From an uncultured Acidobacteriota bacterium (GTDB lineage Bacteria; Acidobacteriota; Terriglobia; Acidiferrales; UBA7541), in NCBI GenBank assembly GCA_963752925.1, contig CAVVZY010000011.1, positions 123,184 through 187,183 on the forward strand: a stretch of 64,000 nucleotides of DNA, given 5' to 3'. Positions 9,138 through 18,885 of the stretch are shown here, piece after piece. The translations under genes and the position numbers were made by a program. The notes under the pieces were generated by a model that was given only the letters and a program-made list of their open reading frames with translations, was not told the origin of the DNA and searched no databases. Positions within the stretch are counted from its first letter, which is position 1. Each line of letters starts with the position of its first letter.

Positions 9138-10091
9138 TTACGATTCCTTGCTCGCGCGCCAGCGGCGCCCCAGGGCCGGAATAATCGCGCCACCTATATT
9201 TGGCAGGCTGAAATCGGGAACCGGCGGGCGTTCGGCGCGGGGGTTGATCGCGCGAATCGCGGTGGCGAAGAAACGACTCATGGCCCCCAACTTTTCTCTG
9301 ATGGAGTAACGCGGCTGGCGCCCATTGGCGCGCACGACGAGCACCGTCACGTCGTCCTCCGACAGATTCTCGGGAAAGCGGTCGCCAACTTCTTTCAGCA
9401 GTGTCTCGATCAACTTTTGCGGTTCGACGTCTCCCAACAGGCGCATGATTCGCAGCAGGCCCGCCTCGCCCAGCATCTCGCCGTCCGCGTCACGGGATTC
9501 AATCAGCGCATCGGTATAGCTGAGTAGGCAATCGCCGGTTTCCAGCTCGACGTCGAACTCCTCATACTCCGTCAGGTCCATAATCCCCAGCGGTATGTTC
9601 TGAGGTGTGCGCTTGCTTTCGGAGCCGTCGTCTCCCAGAAAACTCCACTGCTTCTCCACCGCGCGGTACAGAAACGGCCGCGGATGGCCCGCGTTGGAAA
9701 CGAGGAGGCGCATGCTAGGTGCGAAGAACGTGGTGACAACCGCGGTCGCGAAGGTTCCGGCCCGCGACATCGCAACAAACTGCTGATTGAGCAGCCGCAC
9801 AAATTCCTTTTGATCCAGGCGGTTCACGAATCGCCGCATCAACGTGCGCAAATCGGCCGCGGTCGCGGCGACGGATCTTCCGTGCCCCGAAACATCGGCC
9901 AGCAGCAGGCGGCTGATGCGGCCCGTGGCGCAACTCGAAGCGTAATAGACGTCCCCGCCGCGCTGGGCCTGGCCAAAGGGTTTGCTGTAAACCCACGCGT
10001 CGAGGCCGCCCATCTCAATGCCGCGCTCCGTAAGCTGGCTGTCGCCCCACACTTCCATGCACGTCATCTGTCGTGTTGGCTGATCGTTCAC
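9138..10091 (-). CDS. PP2C/SpoIIE-family serine phosphatase
   Basis: RGGDVYY...RLLLADVSGHG...ATAVVTTF...NAGHPRP...LLSYTDALIE pattern of RsbU/SpoIIE phosphatase domains. Confidence 0.8.
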   Translation of the reverse strand: MNDQPTRQMTCMEVWGDSQLTERGIEMGGLDAWVYSKPFGQAQRGGDVYYASSCATGRISRLLLADVSGHGRSVAATAADLRTLMRRFVNRLDQKEFVRLLNQQFVAMSRAGTFATAVVTTFFAPSMRLLVSNAGHPRPFLYRAVEKQWSFLGDDGSESKRTPQNIPLGIMDLTEYEEFDVELETGDCLLSYTDALIESRDADGEMLGEAGLLRIMRLLGDVEPQKLIETLLKEVGDRFPENLSEDDVTVLVVRANGRQPRYSIREKLGAMSRFFATAIRAINPRAERPPVPDFSLPNIGGAIIPALGRRWRASKES

Positions 10092-10098
10092 GGGGCCA

Positions 10099-11457
10099 TT
10101 ATACCGGGGCGCAGGGGATTCGCCGTTCTTGGTTTTGCGAAACTGCTTCGATGCTGGACGCCGGGGATTCCGGAGCGGAGGCGTCCTGCGATGCGCCCGG
10201 GCGGCGAAAAGTGGCGACGAGCATCAGGATGTTGCTCAATAGGATCACGGAGAACGTGAGGCCGGAAAGAAAATTGAAGCCCGCGCCCTTCGCATCCACG
10301 ATTTCAAAGGCGAGGACCGCCGTGATCAGTCCTCGCGGGACCAGCAAGCTGATGGTTTCGATGTCGATCGGCTGCACGTCGCGCATGGCGAGGCGGCTGA
10401 ACTGTGCGGACAACCAGCGCGCGAGGAAAATTACCGCGACGATTCCTGCGGCTGGAAGGGCCGCGGCACGCAGGCCGGAAAATTTCACGATCAGCCCGAG
10501 CAAAACGAAGAAGAAGGTGCGCACCAGGAACGCCAGTTCGGAATGGAACGCCACAAGCTGGCGGTGGGTGTCTCCAAATTTCGGCGCGACCCACCAGTTG
10601 ACTTCGAACTCGGCTCTTGTCTTACCGGGGATGTTCGCCAGAGCGGCGCCAAACGTGATAACGGCGAAAAGGCTGCTGCCTCCAGCCCAATCGGCGAATG
10701 CGTAGACGAGCAAGACGGCTGCGAACGTCAGAACCTGCCAGAAACGTTCCTCGGAAATCAACGGAAGAAGTCGCGACCAAAGATATCCAACCAGAATCCC
10801 GAGCGCCAGCGAGATTACCACGCGCAGCAGAAAGCCCCCGACGACCCCGCCGGCGATGGATGAATTCGTGCCCTGTTCCGCAAAGTGGTGCATGACCAGT
10901 GTAGTTAAGTTCGTCTGATTCCCCGCGTGCGAAGGCGAAGACAGATCGAGTATCGCGCCCACTCCGAGGACTCCCAGCGCGTCGCTCAGCGCGCCCTCGA
11001 CGACGAGCGTGGTCTTAAGCGCGATTCCCAGATTCATCTGTTGCAGTACGGGCAGCATTACAGAGCTGCTGACGCAAGCGAATGCGGCAGCCACCAGAAA
11101 CGCATCCAATCGCGTGAGGTGCATCGCGGCCTTGAGAAATACGGCGATGCCCCCAAGCGAGATGCCGTAGCTCAAGAGAGCAAGCAGCACGCCACCTGGA
11201 AAGTGACGGAGCGTGTTTCGGAATTCAAGGTCGAGGCCGGCCTCGAAAAGAATCAGAATCAGCGCCAGCGCCCCGAATCCGTGGGTTACCGATTCAAATT
11301 TGGAGGGATCGAGCAGATGGAAGGCGGGACCGAGGAGCATCCCTGCGGCCATGAGGACGACGACGTCCGGCACGCGCGTCCAGCCGGCCAGACGATTGGC
11401 CAGAAAGGCGAGGACCACGATCCCGCCCAGCAAGCCGAAGAACGCGGTCAGGCTCAT
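10099..11457 (-). CDS. cation:proton antiporter (Na+/H+ exchanger family)
   Basis: 452 aa and highly hydrophobic. N-terminus MSLTAFFGLLGGIVVLAFLANRLAGWTRVPDVVVLMAAGMLLGP is typical of CPA-type exchangers. Confidence 0.85.
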   Translation of the reverse strand: MSLTAFFGLLGGIVVLAFLANRLAGWTRVPDVVVLMAAGMLLGPAFHLLDPSKFESVTHGFGALALILILFEAGLDLEFRNTLRHFPGGVLLALLSYGISLGGIAVFLKAAMHLTRLDAFLVAAAFACVSSSVMLPVLQQMNLGIALKTTLVVEGALSDALGVLGVGAILDLSSPSHAGNQTNLTTLVMHHFAEQGTNSSIAGGVVGGFLLRVVISLALGILVGYLWSRLLPLISEERFWQVLTFAAVLLVYAFADWAGGSSLFAVITFGAALANIPGKTRAEFEVNWWVAPKFGDTHRQLVAFHSELAFLVRTFFFVLLGLIVKFSGLRAAALPAAGIVAVIFLARWLSAQFSRLAMRDVQPIDIETISLLVPRGLITAVLAFEIVDAKGAGFNFLSGLTFSVILLSNILMLVATFRRPGASQDASAPESPASSIEAVSQNQERRIPCAPV

Positions 11458-11515
11458 CGCGTTTCGATCTTACCCGGTATTGGGAGGTTTTCTTTCGAAA
11501 ATGGGAAGGGAGATT

Positions 11516-12382
11516 TCAGGGGGCCGGCTGAGCTGCCGTTAACTCGATTCCCAGTAACTTGGCAGCATTGTGGAGCAGAATTTTCGGCCGGACGGCGTCT
11601 TTGAGCGGCAACTCGGCGAACTCGGCGAGCCATCGCTCGGGAGTCATCATCGGGAAATCGGTGCCGAAGAAGGCCTTGTCCTGCACGAGGGTGTTGATGT
11701 TGTGTACCGTGGATGCCGGCCAATATTTGGGCGCCCAGCCGGATAGGTCCATGTAGGCATTTCCCTTGTGGCGCAGGACGGCGAGTTGGTCGTCGTGCCA
11801 GGGCCAGGCGGGATGCGCCATGATGATGCGCATTTCCGGATACCACGCCGCGAGGTTGTCCATGTACGGGATCGGCTTGCAGTACTCGAGCGTGATTCCT
11901 TTGCCGCCCGGCGAGCCCGCGGCCACGGCCGTGGTTCCGGTGTGAAAAATCACCGGGAGATTCAGCCGGACGATCGCTTCGTAGATGGGAAAGAAGCGCG
12001 CGTCGTTGGGGTTAAATCCCTGCGCGGCCTGCTGGAATTTCATGCCGCGGAGGCCCATGTCCGCGCAGCGTTGCACTTCGTTGACCGCAATCTTGCCCTT
12101 CCAGGGGTCCACGCTGCCGAAGCCGATGAAGGTGTCCGGATACTTCTTCATCCATGCTGCTGTTTCGCCGTTGTCAATCTTCACGCCGCTGCGCGTCTCG
12201 CCGTCCACGTCGAAGATGACGCCCATCATGTTCAGGCTCTGGTACATCTCCGCCATGCCGTCGGGATCGGGCCGCCATCTGCCCGTGTTGATCGGCAGGC
12301 CAGCCTTGTTCGCTTGCGCCCAGCCCTGCTTGGCGCGCTCGCCTGTCTGGATGTGGGCGTGCATGTCGATGGCTTGCAGCAA
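11516..12382 (-). CDS. amidohydrolase-2 family protein (LigI/decarboxylase-like)
   Basis: MLQAIDMHAHI..., later IFHTG and IIMAHPAWPW. Metal-dependent hydrolase (PF04909-like) pattern, 288 aa. Confidence 0.75.
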   Translation of the reverse strand: MLQAIDMHAHIQTGERAKQGWAQANKAGLPINTGRWRPDPDGMAEMYQSLNMMGVIFDVDGETRSGVKIDNGETAAWMKKYPDTFIGFGSVDPWKGKIAVNEVQRCADMGLRGMKFQQAAQGFNPNDARFFPIYEAIVRLNLPVIFHTGTTAVAAGSPGGKGITLEYCKPIPYMDNLAAWYPEMRIIMAHPAWPWHDDQLAVLRHKGNAYMDLSGWAPKYWPASTVHNINTLVQDKAFFGTDFPMMTPERWLAEFAELPLKDAVRPKILLHNAAKLLGIELTAAQPAP

Positions 12383-12412
12383 TTGAGGCCTCCGCTTAAA
12401 CCAGGTCGAAGT

Positions 12413-13102
12413 TCAGGCCGCCGGCTGAGCGGCATGAAACTTGGCGGGAATATTCATCTCCCTGCAATCGGCAGCCACGCGCAGGGGAGCTTCCGTGCGA
12501 GACTGCACGGTTTGCGGATCGAGGCCCGGCGCGAATTCGCGCAGCACCAATCCTTCCGGCGTCACGTCGATCACGGCCAAGTCCGTATAGATTCGCTTCA
12601 CGCAGTGCGGCGCGGTCAAGGGCAGAGAGCACTTGTTCAGAATCTTGGGTTTGCCCTTGTTCGTCGCGTGCATCATGGTGACCAGAACATTTTGCACGCC
12701 AAACGCAAGGTCCATCGCGCCGCCCACGCCGGGCACTTTTTCGCCGGGCGTGCGCCAATTAGCCATATCGCCGTTCGCCGCTACTTCCAGCGCGCCCAGC
12801 ACCGCGTAATTGACGTGCCCGCCGCGGATCATGCTGAAAGAAGTGGGATGATCGAACACGCTCGCGCCCGGATTCAGAGTCACATACTGCTTGCCTGCGT
12901 TGATCAGGTCCGGGTCTTCGTGGCCGGGCGCCGCGAGCGGGCCCATGCCCAGAAGACCATTTTCGCTGTGGAAGAAGACATCTTTGCCCGCCGGAATATA
13001 TCCCGAGACCAGCGTCGGGATGCCGATGCCGAGATTTACGTAGCTGCCTTCCGGTAGGTCGCACGCAACGCGATAGGCGATTCCGTCTCGAGTGAGCGAC
13101 AT
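12413..13102 (-). CDS. 3-oxoacid CoA-transferase subunit B
   Basis: YVNLGIGIPTLV...FFHSENGLLG (catalytic SENG) ...GVGGAMDL. Confidence 0.9.
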   Translation of the reverse strand: MSLTRDGIAYRVACDLPEGSYVNLGIGIPTLVSGYIPAGKDVFFHSENGLLGMGPLAAPGHEDPDLINAGKQYVTLNPGASVFDHPTSFSMIRGGHVNYAVLGALEVAANGDMANWRTPGEKVPGVGGAMDLAFGVQNVLVTMMHATNKGKPKILNKCSLPLTAPHCVKRIYTDLAVIDVTPEGLVLREFAPGLDPQTVQSRTEAPLRVAADCREMNIPAKFHAAQPAA

Positions 13103-13105
13103 TTC

Positions 13106-13807
13106 CTACCTTCCTTCCGTGGTGATTTTCAGATACTCGGGATGACGAACCACCTCAACCACATGATCAACAAAGATCCCGGGCGTGTGAACGTCTTCTG
13201 GATCAATCCCACCGACCGGCACAAGCTCGTCAACTTCCGCGACTACGAACTTCGCGGCCGTGCACATCGGAACGTTGAAATTTCTCATGGCCATGCGGTA
13301 ATTGAGATTGCCCAGGCGGTCGCCCTTATGGGCGCGTACAAAGGCGAAATCGGCATGCAGGGCCTTTTCGAAGATCATTTCGCGCCCGTCGATGACGCGA
13401 GATTCCTTGCCAGCCGCGAGGTCCGTGCCCGCTCCGGTGGGCGTGAAAAATCCGCCGAGACCCGCACCGGCCGCGCGAATCCGCTCTGCCAGCGTCCCCT
13501 GAGGCACGAGTTCGAGCTCGATCTCGCCCTTCAGGTATTTTTCCTGAAACGACTGGTTGCCCGGATTGCTCGGAAACGATGCGATGAGCTTGCGCACCTT
13601 GCCGTCATGAATCAAGCCGCCCAGCGAGTGCGTGCCGCCGCCGGAGCCATTGTGCACCACCGTAAGATTCGTCGCCCCTTGCAGCCGCAGCGCTTCGAGG
13701 ATCTGCCCCGGCAACCCCGGATCGCCGAAACCGCCCAACAAGATCGTGGCTCCGTCGAAAACGGACGCCACAGCTTCCTTGCACGTGCCTAGAGTTTTAT
13801 CAACCAA
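13106..13807 (-). CDS. 3-oxoacid CoA-transferase subunit A
   Basis: DGATILLGGFGDPGLPGQILEAL...ELVPQGTLAERIRAAGAGLGGFFTPTG. Lies 3 nt upstream of subunit B. Confidence 0.9.
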   Translation of the reverse strand: MVDKTLGTCKEAVASVFDGATILLGGFGDPGLPGQILEALRLQGATNLTVVHNGSGGGTHSLGGLIHDGKVRKLIASFPSNPGNQSFQEKYLKGEIELELVPQGTLAERIRAAGAGLGGFFTPTGAGTDLAAGKESRVIDGREMIFEKALHADFAFVRAHKGDRLGNLNYRMAMRNFNVPMCTAAKFVVAEVDELVPVGGIDPEDVHTPGIFVDHVVEVVRHPEYLKITTEGR

Positions 13808-13870
13808 GTTTCCCCACCCCCACCAGCTTGGAAATTTATCACGCCGTCCGTCGGGGAAGCAATTCTACTG

Positions 13871-15184
13871 TCATTCCGCGAGGGTCCGTGCCACGTCACG
13901 CTTCAGGAACTGCGCGGCGACGATGAAAAGCAGACCGCCGAGGAGAGTGGTTGCCGCCGCCGTCGCCATCGAGTACCGGATCACGTCCACGCCCAACTGA
14001 TGCGCGTACCGGTCATTGAAAGCCCCGATAAAGTACGGGCCCAAACCAAGTCCGATCAGCTCGGCGATCAGATAGAGCACGGAGGTCGAGAACGCGCGCA
14101 TACCTACCTTCACGACGGAATGCGACACGCTGACGATCGGGCCCACGTGGACCGGGCTCATCGCGGAGATAACCGCAAAGCCTGCCATCGAAATTGCGGT
14201 GCTGGGAGAAAAAAGAAACGCGAGGACCGCGGGACCCGCGAGCATCGAGCAAATCGCGGGCACGTACAGTCTCCATCGTGGGTCCCGGTGGCCCGCCCAG
14301 TCCGTCAGATAGCCGCCAATCAGCGTACCCACCAGCCCGGCCACTCCTCTCACCGTGCCCAGATACGTGCCGATCTGCGCGGAATTGAGATGCCGGATTC
14401 GGCCCAGGAACGGCGCGGTCCAGGTCCCAAAGCCAAATTGAGTGAAGGTCGTCAGGCAGAATCCCAGCAGCAGCAGCATGTAGGATTTCTGCCCCATGAT
14501 AAACCCGAGCGTCCGCCAGAATGGTTGCTGGCCGGTGTCCACCTTCTGCAGTTCCGATTTGCCGCGGACCGGCTCCTTGACCGTCAGGCGAAATAGCAGC
14601 GCGACCAGCAGTCCCGGCAGTCCGGCTACGAGGAACGCTCGATGCCAGCCAAAGTATTGGTTGACCCATCCTCCGATGAACGCGCCCAGGAATCCGCCGA
14701 ACACCGGCCCCAGTTGATAGACGGACATCGCCATGGCACGTTGGTCGCCCGGAAAGAGGTCGGAAATCATGGATGCCGATGGCGCCGTGCCCGCAGCCTC
14801 GCCGATGCCGACTCCAAACCGCGCGAGCGTCAGTTGCAGCGCGTTGCGCGCAATTCCCGCGAGCCCCGTCATGCCGCTCCAAATCACCAGTCCCCAGGTG
14901 AGAATGTTGCGGCGGTTGCTGCGGTCTGCCCAGCGTGCCACGGGCGCCGCGAGAAGCGAGTACATGATTACGAAGCCGAAGCCGGAGATAAATCCCATGG
15001 CCTTGTCGGAGAGGTGGTAATCGCGCTTGATCGGATCGATCAGGATGGTGATGACCGTGCGGTCGAGGAAGTTCAGCGTGTAGATGATCGTCAGCATCAC
15101 CAGCGCATAGCGCGGCGAGCTGTAGCTCTTGTCGCCCCCAAGACTGCCGGATGAGTCTGCTACTGAGTCGTGATTCGCCATCAT
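13871..15184 (-). CDS. MFS transporter
   Basis: 437 aa, about 12 TM segments, MFS motif A-like VARWADRSNRRNIL. Confidence 0.85.
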   Translation of the reverse strand: MMANHDSVADSSGSLGGDKSYSSPRYALVMLTIIYTLNFLDRTVITILIDPIKRDYHLSDKAMGFISGFGFVIMYSLLAAPVARWADRSNRRNILTWGLVIWSGMTGLAGIARNALQLTLARFGVGIGEAAGTAPSASMISDLFPGDQRAMAMSVYQLGPVFGGFLGAFIGGWVNQYFGWHRAFLVAGLPGLLVALLFRLTVKEPVRGKSELQKVDTGQQPFWRTLGFIMGQKSYMLLLLGFCLTTFTQFGFGTWTAPFLGRIRHLNSAQIGTYLGTVRGVAGLVGTLIGGYLTDWAGHRDPRWRLYVPAICSMLAGPAVLAFLFSPSTAISMAGFAVISAMSPVHVGPIVSVSHSVVKVGMRAFSTSVLYLIAELIGLGLGPYFIGAFNDRYAHQLGVDVIRYSMATAAATTLLGGLLFIVAAQFLKRDVARTLAE

Positions 15185-16251
15185 TCCCCTGAGGGTTCTT
15201 TAGAGGTTTGCGAGTGCTTGCGAAGCGCCAGGTCGCCGAATATATATTTGTGTTCGCTGTCGACGCCCCAGCGCTCGAACGGCCGCCAGTACCACGCGGG
15301 GTAAAGATTCGAGACGATCGTCGCGGTCCTCATTAAGAGTGTGCCATTTCCATCGGCGTGCAAATCGTACTCGGCGGTTTCAAAACCGAGCCAATGGCGG
15401 CCGGGCATGTTGGTGCGATCAATCGAAAGGCCCATCCGTTCTGGCGGCGACCACTCGGTCACCGTCTCCTCGATCGAGCCGTGGTCGAAATAACAAGTTC
15501 GCTTCGAACCTTGACCGCTCCCCTGCGTGACGCACCGAACGGGAATGGGCAGCCCCACATACATCAAGATAGGTTTTTCGCCTTCGAGGCTGTCAAACGA
15601 GCGCAGATCGGTCCAGACCTGGCTGGGTGAAGCGGCCAGCCGGACGGTGGATGTGACGACTTCCCTGCGCGGATGTGTAAGCGTGGATACTTCCGTGCGA
15701 TGCCCGGCCCAGATCACGAGCGGCAATGACAGAAAGACAATCGAAGTGAACGTAGCGCCGGTCTTGTCGAGTTTGCCGGCAACTTTGCGGAGCAGATACC
15801 CAAGTCCCACGCCCATCATCAGGCCGCCGAATAGAAATGGCAGCGCGATGATGGCACAGAGCGGAGTTTCCATATGAAGCGCGACGAGTATAGCCAGCGC
15901 GCCGACCGTCGCGAGAATCGTCGCCGCCCAGAACTGCTGTTGGGCCTTGGCGACCATAGCGATGGCGATTCCAGAAGCGATTGGGACCAACAAAAACATC
16001 ACAGGTCCCATGGCGTGCGTCCCGGGAATCTCCGCCATCAGAAAACCGATCAGGCCAACCCCAGCCCCGGTGATTCCGCCCACCACCGCTCCCGCGAGAG
16101 AGTTCTTCCAATCACTCACGACGGCCTTTCCACCACCTGCGGCATCTCGATTCGGTACCGGGAGACTATGCTGCGCCCGCGACTTCGTCAACATGATATG
16201 AGGCAAGAACTTCGGACATCCGCAGAGTGCATAATTCGCATCTTTTTGCAT
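15181..16251 (-). CDS. membrane-anchored SRPBCC-domain protein
   Basis: Track ORF 15181..16485. The N-terminal about 78 codons overlap the repeat-rich promoter region, so the ATG at 16251 (or 16194) is preferred. About 4 TM helices, then a START/polyketide-cyclase-like C-terminus (VWTDLRSFDSLEG...TVTEWSPPERMGLSI...). ATGA overlap with the MFS gene. Confidence 0.6.
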   Translation of the reverse strand: MQKDANYALCGCPKFLPHIMLTKSRAQHSLPVPNRDAAGGGKAVVSDWKNSLAGAVVGGITGAGVGLIGFLMAEIPGTHAMGPVMFLLVPIASGIAIAMVAKAQQQFWAATILATVGALAILVALHMETPLCAIIALPFLFGGLMMGVGLGYLLRKVAGKLDKTGATFTSIVFLSLPLVIWAGHRTEVSTLTHPRREVVTSTVRLAASPSQVWTDLRSFDSLEGEKPILMYVGLPIPVRCVTQGSGQGSKRTCYFDHGSIEETVTEWSPPERMGLSIDRTNMPGRHWLGFETAEYDLHADGNGTLLMRTATIVSNLYPAWYWRPFERWGVDSEHKYIFGDLALRKHSQTSKEPSGE

Positions 16252-16296
16252 CGGAATGACGCTGCCTAAATGCCTATTCCTGCAATCGTTTCCGCT

Positions 16297-16526
16297 AATC
16301 GACAATGGCTTGTCGATTTGCATCGTGTGATAGCGTGGAAGTGCAGTCGCGCCCGCCGAAAATCGCGCCGGGCGCGGAAGGATGAAGAAATTGAATCGAG
16401 CCGAAGAAGAGCGTGGCCGCCACCACAACGCGCCGAAATTGTGTGCATTTCTAATCGACACTGAGGCGATTAGAAACCGGCGCAACTCATTGAAAACACG
16501 GAGTGGCGATGAGTTCTAATCGACAC
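16297..16526. promoter_or_regulatory. cluster of operator-like repeats built on CTAATCGACA
   Basis: Perfect palindrome AATCGACAA-TGGC-TTGTCGATT at 16297-16318. TCTAATCG-N9-CGATTAGA at 16450-16474. 13-bp direct repeat TTCTAATCGACAC at 16449-16461 and 16514-16526. All lie between two divergent operons. Confidence 0.35.
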
Positions 16527-16659
16527 GGATCGGGGGCTCACAAATTGGAGCGCCAGAATATTCTCACTCCAAGAGTGACCTACAATCGGTTGACATCGAA
16601 GGAGTTCGGAGATAATAACAGCTATAGCTTTGACGAGAGTTTCCAGGGGGTGGAATCTA

Positions 16660-17688
16660 ATGGTAATTGACGTCCACGGTCATCTGACCGCGCCGGATTC
16701 GCTCTACGTTTATAAGGCAAATATACTCTCGCACCGCGGATCGCACGGCCGCGGAAAAGTGGCGATCAGCGACGACGAAATGGTCGCGTTCTTGAATCAG
16801 CCGACTTTTGACACCGGGAAATCGCATTTCGAATTGCTCAAAGAAGTCGGCACGGACATCCAGCTCCTTTCGCCCCGGCCGTATCAGATGATGATGGCCG
16901 AGAAACCCGCGAAAGTTTCGCAGTGGTTCATCGAAGAGTGCAACAACATGGTCGCGCAGCAGTGCCGGCTCTTTCCGAATGTTTTCCGGGGCGTTTGCGG
17001 GCTGCCACAGTCTCCTGGCGTGAGTCCGAAGAACTGCATCGTCGAGCTCGAGCGCTGCGTGAAGGAATTTGGATTTGTCGGATGCCTGATCAATCCGGAT
17101 CCGAGCGAGGCCACGAATTACGACACGCCGGGAATGGGCGACGAATACTGGTACCCGCTGTACGAGAAGCTCGTGGAACTGGACGTGCCCGGCTACATTC
17201 ACGGCGCCGGGTGCCGGTCGACGAGGCACAGTTACTCGACGCACTTCATCAACGAGGAGACCATCTCGGTCGTTTCGCTTGTGAACTCACGCGTATTCCA
17301 GGATTTCCCGAAGCTGAAAATCGTGTGCTCGCATGGCGGCGGCGCGGTGCCATACCATGCCGGGCGATTCTTGGCGCCCACACTCAGGCGCGGTGCGCAG
17401 AGCAACTTCATGGACAATCTGCGCAAACTCTATTACGACACGGTGCTCTACACGGCTCTCGCGTGCGAGCTTTTGATCAAGACCGTTGGCGCGGACCGCT
17501 GCGTGTTCGGCACCGAACGTCCCGGAGTCGGCACGGCCAAGGATCCGAAAACGGGGAAGTGGATGGACGACGTGCGAATCTACATCGACGCATTCACCTG
17601 GCTGAGCGATGCGGACAAGAAAACGATTTTCGAGGACAACGCGAAGAAACTGTTCAGACTCAGCGTGGGCGCAAAAACCGCCGGATAG
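16660..17688 (+). CDS. amidohydrolase-2 family hydratase/decarboxylase, LigJ-like (4-oxalomesaconate hydratase candidate)
   Basis: MVIDVHGHLT..., LPQSPGVSPKNCIVELERCVKEFGFVGCLINPDPS, WYPLYEKLVELDVPGYIH, CSHGGGAVPYHAGRF. These blocks match my recollection of LigJ-type enzymes. Confidence 0.75.
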   Translation: MVIDVHGHLTAPDSLYVYKANILSHRGSHGRGKVAISDDEMVAFLNQPTFDTGKSHFELLKEVGTDIQLLSPRPYQMMMAEKPAKVSQWFIEECNNMVAQQCRLFPNVFRGVCGLPQSPGVSPKNCIVELERCVKEFGFVGCLINPDPSEATNYDTPGMGDEYWYPLYEKLVELDVPGYIHGAGCRSTRHSYSTHFINEETISVVSLVNSRVFQDFPKLKIVCSHGGGAVPYHAGRFLAPTLRRGAQSNFMDNLRKLYYDTVLYTALACELLIKTVGADRCVFGTERPGVGTAKDPKTGKWMDDVRIYIDAFTWLSDADKKTIFEDNAKKLFRLSVGAKTAG

Positions 17689-17739
17689 CAGTGATCGTGA
17701 CCGCTTCTGAAATCAAAGTTGGAAAAGGCGAACAAGCTG

Positions 17740-18846
17740 ATGTCGATTGAATATCGAGCCGACCAGGTCGGCAGTTTTCTGCGGCCGAAGGAACTCTTGG
17801 CGGCGCGGAGCAGCGATCCGCCAAACCCGGAACGCCTGCGCGAGATCGAGGATCGCTCCATCCTGCGCGTGCTCGCCAAGCAGAAGGAATTGGGTTTCGA
17901 CATCTTCACGGACGGGGAGTTTCGCCGGTCGAATTTCATGGGCGATTTCACCGACGCGGTCGAAGGATTTGACTTCGGCGATGGGCTCCCGCGCAGTTGG
18001 AGCGCCACATCGCCGGCGGCTCCGTCGCTGGGAAAAGGCCGTGTGGCGGGTGTCGTGGTCGAAAAGCTTCGCGCCGTCCGTCCGCTGACCGGCCACGAAT
18101 TGCCGTTCATGCAGCAGCACAGCCCCGGCGCGATCAAGATGACGCTGCCGAGCGCCACGCAGTTCCCGGCCATTTCGTACAAGCGCGGCCGATCCGATAA
18201 GGCCTACCCAACTTACTCCGCGCTGCTGTGGGACATCGTCGCCATCATGAAAGTGGAGATGGCCCGGCTCGCTGCAGAGGGCGTGAAGTACATTCAAATC
18301 GATGCGCCGCGCTACAGTTACTTCATGGATCCGAAGTGGCGCGAATGGATTTCCACGGAAATGAAGGTCGAGCCGGAAGCGTGGTTCGAGGAGTCGATTC
18401 GCGCGGACAATGCCTGCTTCGAGGCCGCGCGGCGCCCGGGTGTGACGCTGGCAATCCATCTTTGCCGGGGTAACAGCCAAAGCCACTGGTATGCCGAAGG
18501 CGGCTACGACGCCGTTGCAGAAAAGCTGTTCGGAACGCTGAACGTGGATCGATTCCTGTTGGAATACGACGACTCTCGCTCGGGGACGTTTGAGCCGCTG
18601 CGGTTTATTCCGCGAAATAAGATCGCGGTGCTCGGGCTGATCAGTTCGAAGCGTCCGGAGCTTGAGGATGGCGATCAGCTCATCGCGCGGATCAAGGAGG
18701 CGGCCAAGTATCTGCCGCTCGAAAACCTCACGCTGAGCCCGCAATGCGGTTTCGCTTCGGTGATGCAAGGGAATCTGATCACCGAAGACCAGCAGTGGGA
18801 CAAGCTCAAGCTCGTGGTCGATACGGCCCGGCGGGTCTGGAGCTGA
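17740..18846 (+). CDS. cobalamin-independent methionine synthase (MetE C-terminal)-like family protein
   Basis: MSIEYRADQVGSFLRPKELL...FTDGEFRRSNF...HLCRGN...SPQCGFAS, the COG0620-type pattern. Confidence 0.8.
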   Translation: MSIEYRADQVGSFLRPKELLAARSSDPPNPERLREIEDRSILRVLAKQKELGFDIFTDGEFRRSNFMGDFTDAVEGFDFGDGLPRSWSATSPAAPSLGKGRVAGVVVEKLRAVRPLTGHELPFMQQHSPGAIKMTLPSATQFPAISYKRGRSDKAYPTYSALLWDIVAIMKVEMARLAAEGVKYIQIDAPRYSYFMDPKWREWISTEMKVEPEAWFEESIRADNACFEAARRPGVTLAIHLCRGNSQSHWYAEGGYDAVAEKLFGTLNVDRFLLEYDDSRSGTFEPLRFIPRNKIAVLGLISSKRPELEDGDQLIARIKEAAKYLPLENLTLSPQCGFASVMQGNLITEDQQWDKLKLVVDTARRVWS

Positions 18847-18885
18847 TCGTGTTTCAGCTCCGGCGGGAAAATGGAGGAAAGAATC

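Noticed and set aside
11768-13057. 429-aa plus-strand ORF
   Set aside because: It is antisense to the amidohydrolase and CoA-transferase B genes. Low-complexity R/A/H-rich sequence with no motifs.
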